DNA of 64,000 nucleotides, taken from positions 42,733 to 106,732 of the forward strand of contig CAZXJN010000001.1 in NCBI GenBank assembly GCA_964641015.1. Direction: 5' to 3'. The first letter of the stretch is position 1, and every line of letters starts with the position of its first letter. The notes beneath the pieces were generated by a model. The model made no database searches. It was given only the letters and a program-made list of their open reading frames with translations, and was not told the DNA's origin. The stretch comes from an uncultured Candidatus Saccharibacteria bacterium (lineage in GTDB: Bacteria > Patescibacteriota > Saccharimonadia > Saccharimonadales > JACDBH01). The translations under genes were made by a program, and so were the position numbers. Of this stretch, positions 57,613 to 64,000 are shown piece after piece.

Positions 57613-58626
57613 CTAGTCCAAGGGCTTTGGCACGTACCACTCAGGGGCTTCGTCAAGAAGCTTCTGGATCTGCGCCTCTGTCATCAGGCCCTCCTGTGCA
57701 CCAGGGTGCTGGACAACGTTCATAGAGTTGACAGGACCCCAGGCCAGCGCCTCCTCAAGCGATTTGCCGCGCATAATTGCAGCAGTAAAAGTGCTGGCGA
57801 ATGCATCGCCTGCCCCAGTACGCTCATAAGGTGGAGCCGGGTCCGGATAGATCGGCATGAACAGCCGTTTGCCCTGGCCGCTCGCATACGCGCCGCTTGG
57901 TCCGTCGGTGATACACACGGTCATATCCTCAGGGCCAAGCGCGTGAAGCTTATCAAATTGGTCATGGATATTATTAATGTCTCCACCACCTACCAACGTC
58001 GCTTCCTCTTTGTTGAGCACGAGGATATTGCTGTGCTGGTAGATTCTGCTCAGCCGTTCGGCTCCTGCCTTCATCTGGAAGGTGCCTGGCTGGAAGGCAA
58101 GCTTTACCTCTGGGTTTTCATCAAGCCAGTCGGCAAGTTCGTCGTGGAACTCGAGCGCGTTTTCGGCAATCGAGCTAAAATAAATCCACTTTGGTTTTTC
58201 GCGCTCGCGTAGGTTGGGCCAGATGTACTCATAGTCTTCGTGGTTGATTAGAATCGTGCGCTCTTCTTTGTACCAAAGCACGTAGTGGTAATTGGTTTTC
58301 TTGCCTGGGTTCACACGCACCCAGCGGGTGTCGATATTCTTACTGTTCAAAGAGGCGATAATACCGCGGCCGTACTTGTCATCACCCACATTGGTGACAA
58401 ACCCGCAGTTGAGTCCTAGTCGCGTCAGGCTGACTGCGGCATTGGCTGCGTTGCCTACACCCTCTACGACGACGGCATGGTCAAACGGAATCTTGGTGCC
58501 GTATTCCATCGCAATCACGTTGGTACCATGTTCGTCGACATAGCTCCAGGCCTTGTCGTCAAACAGCTTAATAAATGCGTCAGTTACTACGTCGCCGACA
58601 CTCAGGACATCTAGTTGCTGGCTCAT
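57613..58626 (-). CDS. PfkB-family carbohydrate kinase
   Basis: Ribokinase-like fold. The C-terminal …ERTGAGDAF… anion-hole motif is the PfkB signature. Confidence 0.8.
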   Translation of the reverse strand: MSQQLDVLSVGDVVTDAFIKLFDDKAWSYVDEHGTNVIAMEYGTKIPFDHAVVVEGVGNAANAAVSLTRLGLNCGFVTNVGDDKYGRGIIASLNSKNIDTRWVRVNPGKKTNYHYVLWYKEERTILINHEDYEYIWPNLREREKPKWIYFSSIAENALEFHDELADWLDENPEVKLAFQPGTFQMKAGAERLSRIYQHSNILVLNKEEATLVGGGDINNIHDQFDKLHALGPEDMTVCITDGPSGAYASGQGKRLFMPIYPDPAPPYERTGAGDAFASTFTAAIMRGKSLEEALAWGPVNSMNVVQHPGAQEGLMTEAQIQKLLDEAPEWYVPKPLD

Positions 58627-58725
58627 TTTAAGATTGCACCCCTTTTTGATTAGTGATTATTTGTTATTGCTTATGTTTATTGTCGCACAGAGTAGCCCTA
58701 TTCTCAAGCTCGCTGCAGCCTGCTG

Positions 58726-59583
58726 CTACGGACGAGCCTTGCCTGCTGATCCAAACAGATTGATTTTTTCTTCTACGACATTGGAAATTGCGGCAATAAC
58801 CTCTGGCATGAGCTTCATGACTGCGTATTCGTCAGGATTCTCGCGCAAAACTTTTTCGAGCGTATCACGGAACGCTATACGCATATCTGAATTGATATTC
58901 ACCTTGCTGACGCCAATACGAGCTGCCTCCTCAAAAAAATGGCCTGGAGTACCGCTGCCGCCGTGCAAGGATATCTGGCAGTCGATTGCGTCACGCACCT
59001 GGCGCAACAGATCCAAATCCAGCTGCTTGGGCACCGGATAGCTGCCATGCAGATTGCCGACCGCTGCAGCGAACGTATCGATTCCGGTTGCTTCTACAAA
59101 CTGCCGTGCGCCTTCCGGCGTGCTAAATGTCTTTTTGATTTCTTCATAATCAAATGCTTCGTCGTGTACATTGGAGCTGCCGCCAAAATAATGCGGTTCG
59201 CTCTCAACCAGCGCGCCAGTAAATTTAGCGTACTCGACCACCTCTTTTGTTTTGGCAATGATTTCCTCAAGCGGCGCTTCGCGATCCGCCTGGGAAATAT
59301 CAATATGTATAAACTCATAGCCGGCATCGATGGCTGCTTTGGCGCTTTCGACAGTCGGCGCATGGTCAAGGTTGATGTAGATTTCGATACCGTACTCTGC
59401 TCGATAGTTATCTACCATGCAGCGCAAGTTCTCTATGCCGATCGCCTTGACTTCGCCATCGCTGACCTCTACCATCACTGGGCTATTGGTCCGCTTCGCT
59501 GCCTGCACAATAGCGATCAGCGTCTCTTGGTTGTCTATATTAAATGCCCCGACTGCAAAGCGCTCCTCACGCGAACGGCGCAT
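58726..59583 (-). CDS. fba: Class II fructose/tagatose-bisphosphate aldolase
   Basis: …FAVGAFNIDNQETL…NLDHA…SLHGGSG…. Start set at ATG 59583. The GTG at 59646 has its SD abutting the start codon. Confidence 0.85.
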   Translation of the reverse strand: MRRSREERFAVGAFNIDNQETLIAIVQAAKRTNSPVMVEVSDGEVKAIGIENLRCMVDNYRAEYGIEIYINLDHAPTVESAKAAIDAGYEFIHIDISQADREAPLEEIIAKTKEVVEYAKFTGALVESEPHYFGGSSNVHDEAFDYEEIKKTFSTPEGARQFVEATGIDTFAAAVGNLHGSYPVPKQLDLDLLRQVRDAIDCQISLHGGSGTPGHFFEEAARIGVSKVNINSDMRIAFRDTLEKVLRENPDEYAVMKLMPEVIAAISNVVEEKINLFGSAGKARP

Positions 59584-59708
59584 AAGATCACGCGCCCTGC
59601 TTGTGTTATACCTGATTCGTGAAATTGATTGTGACACTTGTCCCACCCTCTTTTTTACATGTTTCGTACGTTACGCTTATGGTAGCACACCTACACCCTA
59701 TTAAAAAC

Positions 59709-60602
59709 TTAGGCCCAAAAAATAATAAACAACCCCACAAGGGACAGGGCGGCGGCTGCCAGCTTTTTGTAGTAAAAGCGCCGTTCGCCAAGCAGCCAAC
59801 CAGCCAGCACCGCTACAATAATAATTCGGAAGTTCGACACTACCATCATCAGTGACAGGTTGTCGCTGGCCCGCAACGCATAGAGAAACAGCAGTGCCGC
59901 CCCTACCCGAAGCACCCCAACCGACATCGCACTGCGGATAATAAACTTGTCTTTGATAATCCGCTTTGATTTGTTGCCAAATAGCACAAACAGCCCAATA
60001 CCTACCGATGCCTGCAGCAGCCAGCCGAATGCCACAAAGTTGCCAATACCGATATTGGTTACCAGTACCTTCTCCATGATATGCCCGAGCGCCATAGATA
60101 GGCTCGACACCATAATGTACAGCGCACCTTTGATCCAGGGCAGATCCCTAAAATCCACGAACCGCTGCCGGTTGCGCGCCAAGAGCAGTACATACAAGAT
60201 ACAGGGTACCAGCACCGCCGTACCCACCAGCTGCATGGCCGATAGCTGCTCCTGGAACACAATTCTGGCAAACAATAGCGTAAACAGTGCGCTGGAGGTA
60301 GCCAAAACTGCAGCAGTAGCACTTTCGAGATATACCAGGGCACGATAAAGGTAAAAGAGCCCAAAATTAAAAAACACCGCACTGGCTATCAGATATGGTG
60401 CATATTCTCTAGCTACCCCAAAGTTTACACCGCCAATAAACGGCAGCAGCATCACGCCTGCAACAAACAGCGAAGCAAACGTGATAGCATTGACAAATAG
60501 AGCAGCAGAACGGGCGTGCTTGATACGAGCAATGCTCCGTGCCTGCAGCGTACCCATCGCAGAGAAAAAGGCGTGCAGTACTATCAGCGCTTCCCAGCCC
60601 AT
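59709..60602 (-). CDS. EamA/DMT-superfamily transporter
   Basis: Ten predicted TM helices in two EamA-like halves. Confidence 0.75.
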   Translation of the reverse strand: MGWEALIVLHAFFSAMGTLQARSIARIKHARSAALFVNAITFASLFVAGVMLLPFIGGVNFGVAREYAPYLIASAVFFNFGLFYLYRALVYLESATAAVLATSSALFTLLFARIVFQEQLSAMQLVGTAVLVPCILYVLLLARNRQRFVDFRDLPWIKGALYIMVSSLSMALGHIMEKVLVTNIGIGNFVAFGWLLQASVGIGLFVLFGNKSKRIIKDKFIIRSAMSVGVLRVGAALLFLYALRASDNLSLMMVVSNFRIIIVAVLAGWLLGERRFYYKKLAAAALSLVGLFIIFWA

Positions 60603-60620
60603 CTTTTATCCTTTTTTACT

Positions 60621-61592
60621 TTACGACTTTTTATCAACCGCCTGGTGCGCGGCAAGCATGATGTGCTTTGGTGTCAGACCAAATTTTTCGTATAGCTCGT
60701 CAGGAGATCCGGACTCGCCGAATTTGTCTTTGACGGCGACACGCACCATAGGCGTGGGCAGCTCTTCTGCCAAAAGCTCTGCTACTGCACCGCCAAGGCC
60801 TCCGGTCAGCTGGTGCTCCTCAATAGTTACGACGCAGCCTGTTTTTTTGGCGCTTTTTAGAATAGTCTCGTCATCAAGCGGCTTGATGGTAGGCACATGA
60901 ACTACTTCAGCATCTATACCGTCTCGAGCCAGTTTTTCGGCGGCTACTAACGTATTGTAGGTCATGATACCAGTAGAGATCAGGCTTACGTCCTTGCCCT
61001 CTTTGAGTACATACGCCTTGCCGATCTCAAACGGCGTGTCTGCAGTCGTAAAAATAGGGGAAGCTTCGCGCGCCAGACGCATATAGTTAGGGCGCTTGTC
61101 CTTTGCCATGGCAATCGTCATTTTTTCTGCCTCGAGCGCATCGCCAGGCGCTAGCACCACCATGTTCGGCAGAGCACGCATTATAGCTAGATCTTCGAGC
61201 ATCTGGTGGGTTGCACCGTCGGGCCCCACGCTGAGGCCCGCGTGCGAACCGACAATCTTCACTGGCATTTCATTCAGGCAAGCTGTGGTTCGAATCTGCT
61301 CCCAGTTGCGTCCTGGGCTGAATGCCGCATAGCTGCTCACAAAAGGTATTTTGCCAATCGCAGCCATTCCGGCGCCCACCGTCGCTAGGTTTTGCTCGGC
61401 AATACCGACCTCAACAAACCGATGCGGAAATGCCTCTTTGAACAAGCTGATCTGGGTTGATTCAGTCAGGTCCGCGCATAGGGCAACCACTTGCTCATTC
61501 TGCTCGCCGGCAGCCTTGAGGCCACGGCCAAACCCTTTTCTGGTCGGCTCCTTGGTAAGTTCACCGCTAAGATCAGCTAAATGCAAATTCAT
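60621..61592 (-). CDS. Transketolase, C-terminal subunit
   Basis: Pyrimidine-binding and C-terminal transketolase domains (…GIAEQNLATVGAGMA…). AAGGAGG RBS. Confidence 0.9.
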   Translation of the reverse strand: MNLHLADLSGELTKEPTRKGFGRGLKAAGEQNEQVVALCADLTESTQISLFKEAFPHRFVEVGIAEQNLATVGAGMAAIGKIPFVSSYAAFSPGRNWEQIRTTACLNEMPVKIVGSHAGLSVGPDGATHQMLEDLAIMRALPNMVVLAPGDALEAEKMTIAMAKDKRPNYMRLAREASPIFTTADTPFEIGKAYVLKEGKDVSLISTGIMTYNTLVAAEKLARDGIDAEVVHVPTIKPLDDETILKSAKKTGCVVTIEEHQLTGGLGGAVAELLAEELPTPMVRVAVKDKFGESGSPDELYEKFGLTPKHIMLAAHQAVDKKS

Positions 61593-61702
61593 AACCCCTC
61601 CTTAGACTAAAGTGAATACTCTCAATTCGAAGGGGTAAGCAAGCGCCATGGGCTGAACGAAGTTCACCCATAAAGCGCCCCTGAGAATGAGAATACGAAC
61701 GA

Positions 61703-62596
61703 CTACTCATAATACCCCTCGCTCTTGATCCTGCCGCGCAGAGTACGCAAATCCTTGAGTGCGACCTTGGCTTGGTCAGCCTTTGCGGGATCACCGGATA
61801 CATCATTTAGCCCCGGCGGCATCCCGTGCCAGCGGTAGTCATACTCCATATAGCCGACGTCTTTTCCTGGAATAGTATGAGCGATAATGACTGTCGGCCG
61901 GTCCGCTACCGCCCGCGCCATCGAGCAAGCATCAATAATCGCCTCTATGTTATGCCCGTCAATTTCTATGACATGCCAGCCAAAACCTTCCCACTTCATC
62001 TTTAGGTCGTCGAGCGGCATCACCTCTTCGGTTGGACCATCAATCTGGATGTAGTTGCGATCGACAATACCGATCAGATTATGAAGCTTGTACTTGGCGG
62101 CAAACATCGCTGCTTCCCAGATGTTTCCTTCGTTCAGCTCGCCGTCGCCCATCATGGCATACACCCAGCGATGCGTATCCTGATTCATTCGAAGCGCCAG
62201 CGCCATACCAGCCGCCTGGCTCAGCCCCTCACCTAAAGGTCCGCTGGTGGTCTCTAGTCCAGGCAAAAGTACTCGCTCCGGGTGGCCCTGCAAGCGCGTG
62301 CCGAACTTGCGCAGGGTCATCAGCTCCTTACGATCGAAGTATCCGGCATGCGCCATAGTAGCATAGAGCACGGGTGCAGTGTGGCCGTTGCTTAGGATAA
62401 ACAGGTCCCGTTTGTCCCAATCTGGCTTTTTTGGATCATGCCTCATTACATCAAAATATAAAGCTGTGAGAATGTCAGCCATGCCGAGCGGGCCAGCCGA
62501 GTGCCCTGAACCAGCCTCTTCGAGCATGCGGATAATATCCTGGCGGATTTCGTTTGCCTTGAGTTCAAGTTCGTGCAGCGTCAGATGTTCGTCCAT
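61703..62596 (-). CDS. Transketolase, N-terminal (TPP-binding) subunit
   Basis: …GSGHSAGPLGMADI…MMGDGELNEGNIWEA… is the TPP-binding motif. Confidence 0.9.
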   Translation of the reverse strand: MDEHLTLHELELKANEIRQDIIRMLEEAGSGHSAGPLGMADILTALYFDVMRHDPKKPDWDKRDLFILSNGHTAPVLYATMAHAGYFDRKELMTLRKFGTRLQGHPERVLLPGLETTSGPLGEGLSQAAGMALALRMNQDTHRWVYAMMGDGELNEGNIWEAAMFAAKYKLHNLIGIVDRNYIQIDGPTEEVMPLDDLKMKWEGFGWHVIEIDGHNIEAIIDACSMARAVADRPTVIIAHTIPGKDVGYMEYDYRWHGMPPGLNDVSGDPAKADQAKVALKDLRTLRGRIKSEGYYE

Positions 62597-62611
62597 TTTA
62601 TCTCTTTTTGT

Positions 62612-63253
62612 TTAACTGATACCTGCCACTAGTATACCATAAGCAGCTTCGGGATCAGCTGCCTTCTGGATTGCTCCGCCTACGTTCAGCACATCTACGC
62701 CGCCCTCCATCAATGTTCGAGCGGTTCCTTCGTTGACACCACCGTCCCAGCCTATCTCTAGGTCAGGTTTTAATCCCTTTAGCTGCTGCACTTTATCGAG
62801 CAGCTCCAAATCAGCCTTGCCCCCGTAGTAGCCAAGGTCACCGCTAAAGACCAGTACATGATCAATATTATTTAGATGCGGTTTGATGATGTCTGCAGGC
62901 GTGTCTTTGAGCAAGGCCACCCCGCGGTGAATGCCCAGCCCGCTAAGCTCGCGAAGGAACTCCCACGCTCCATTAGCCTCTGCATGCACAATGGCTAAGT
63001 TAGGCTGGTGCATTATCACTGTCTCAAGATGCTCTAATGGCTTCTGGTACATGATATGGAAATCTATCAGCATACCGACTGGCCACCAGGCTTCTTCAAT
63101 CGGCTCAAGCTTAGTGGGGGCAAACACTCCGTCAGCAAAATCAATATGAATCCGCTCAGCAAATTCAGCAACCCGCTCAATCGCTTCACGATACTCTCGT
63201 GAGCTTGCACCCATTACCGTTGGACATATGACTGCCATCTTACCACCAAGCAT
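62612..63253 (-). CDS. rpe: Ribulose-phosphate 3-epimerase family protein
   Basis: HIDFADGVFAP, DFHIM, GYYGGKA, EIGWDGGVN and VLNVGGAIQ are collinear with Rpe TIM-barrel motifs. Confidence 0.6.
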   Translation of the reverse strand: MLGGKMAVICPTVMGASSREYREAIERVAEFAERIHIDFADGVFAPTKLEPIEEAWWPVGMLIDFHIMYQKPLEHLETVIMHQPNLAIVHAEANGAWEFLRELSGLGIHRGVALLKDTPADIIKPHLNNIDHVLVFSGDLGYYGGKADLELLDKVQQLKGLKPDLEIGWDGGVNEGTARTLMEGGVDVLNVGGAIQKAADPEAAYGILVAGIS

Positions 63254-63433
63254 AACCGAAAATACGGTACAAACAAAGTCCTAACTTGCCTCTTGCAAAA
63301 CTGTCGTTTAGGGATATTCTATAAACACCTGAATGTTCTATGTGTGGTGTTCTTGATTATAAGAATATACGAACTGAACCACACAATAGTCCCCGCACAA
63401 ACAAAGCCTGCATAGTTCAGGTTGCGGGCAGCA

Positions 63434-63475
63434 TTGACAAAAGTATTATATTATGATACAATGGTAAAATAGGGT
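63434..63475 (+). promoter_or_regulatory. Consensus promoter module D (TTGACA-N17-TGATACAAT-N7-TAGGGT), orphan
   Basis: TTGACA 63434-39, TACAAT 63457-62, TAGGGT 63470-75, then hairpin TAGGG-tctttaatg-CCCTA. The hairpin overlaps the stop codon of the minus-strand gene 63486-63998. Confidence 0.45.
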
Positions 63476-63485
63476 CTTTAATGCC

Positions 63486-63998
63486 CTAGTCCACTATCGT
63501 GTTGTCTGTCGCCACGATGCTTTGGAGCATTTTGACAAACTCTTCGTCCCCGGCAATATCGTCCCAACCAAGCCTGTCGACATTCATAAGCCCTGCCTCT
63601 GGTGAATCAAATATACCAAAGTCCGCAAGGTAGTGCGAGGGACCAGCTATATTGCAAGTATTGGTGCCAGATTGGCCTTCCTGAAGCAATATGTGTTTGT
63701 CGTGGTACGCAATATCAGACTGTATTTTACCCAGGTATTCGATCTTCAGCCTGTACGACCCATCGCCTCCTTTGTACTCTGTAAAGTAAAGCCCTTCGGT
63801 GCTGGTTGGTATTTTTTTGTAGAGGGTGTAAGGGATTTCATTATTTTCGCACGCGCCGCCTCGACCGCCCACATCATAGATATGTAAATAGTGGCCGGCG
63901 TTCGAGCCAATCACGAGACGATTGAGCGTCGTGCCTTGGCCGTACTCGGTTGAATCCTGGAGCACTTCCCAGTCTGCAGGATGTTCAACTGCGACCAT
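63486..63998 (-). CDS. Hypothetical protein (170 aa; start at the window edge)
   Basis: ATG at 63998-63996. Gly-rich, no family recognised. Confidence 0.5.
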   Translation of the reverse strand: MVAVEHPADWEVLQDSTEYGQGTTLNRLVIGSNAGHYLHIYDVGGRGGACENNEIPYTLYKKIPTSTEGLYFTEYKGGDGSYRLKIEYLGKIQSDIAYHDKHILLQEGQSGTNTCNIAGPSHYLADFGIFDSPEAGLMNVDRLGWDDIAGDEEFVKMLQSIVATDNTIVD

Positions 63999-64000
63999 TG

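Noticed and set aside
59584-59646. GTG-initiated N-terminal extension of the aldolase (MGQVSQSISRIRYNTSRARDL)
   Set aside because: The only SD-like sequence (AAGAGG) abuts the GTG with zero spacing. The homologous N-terminus aligns to the ATG at 59583.

Overview
The window is a gene-dense (~90% coding) chromosomal segment of housekeeping genes from a small-genome bacterium. No mobile elements, integrases, CRISPR arrays or rRNA genes were seen.

Strongly supported genes, mostly on the minus strand:
- Translation and transcription core: fusA (5' part), rpsG, rpsL, rpoC, rpoB, rplS, nusA.
- Proteostasis: clpP, tig, clpC.
- tRNA charging and decoding: hisS, tyrS, gatC-gatA-(hypothetical)-gatB, tRNA-Leu(UAG).
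- DNA metabolism: recG, rsmD, radA, rnhB, yraN-like, dnaE, uvrB.
- Envelope: class A PBP, galU, PilB/GspE-type ATPase.
- Metabolism: M1 aminopeptidase, malic enzyme, LOG-family protein, PfkB kinase, class II aldolase, split transketolase (N and C halves), Rpe-like epimerase, EamA transporter.
- About 15 hypothetical or small proteins.

Several traits hint at a reduced, possibly CPR/Patescibacteria-like lineage, but this is inference from the sequence only. These traits are rpoB directly downstream of clpP with no rplJ/rplL, a split transketolase, an insertion in S12, many TM-anchored orphan proteins, and many leaderless-looking promoters.

Most notable non-coding signals:
1. Two perfect CIRCE operators (TTAGCACTC-N9-GAGTGCTAA) lie immediately upstream of clpP and clpC.
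2. A repeated consensus promoter module recurs at least four times, plus a variant before hisS. Its form is TTGACA-N17/18-TGnTA(T/C)AAT-N7-TAGGGT, usually followed by a small GGG/CCC 5' hairpin. Three copies are orphan and point antisense into the 3' ends of convergent genes; one drives a two-gene small-protein operon.
3. A ~450-nt repeat-rich non-coding island lies between the small-protein operon and pilB.
4. A strong promoter sits immediately ahead of a strong terminator in the hisS leader.
5. A bidirectional terminator and possible sRNA lie in the divergent nusA/aminopeptidase spacer.
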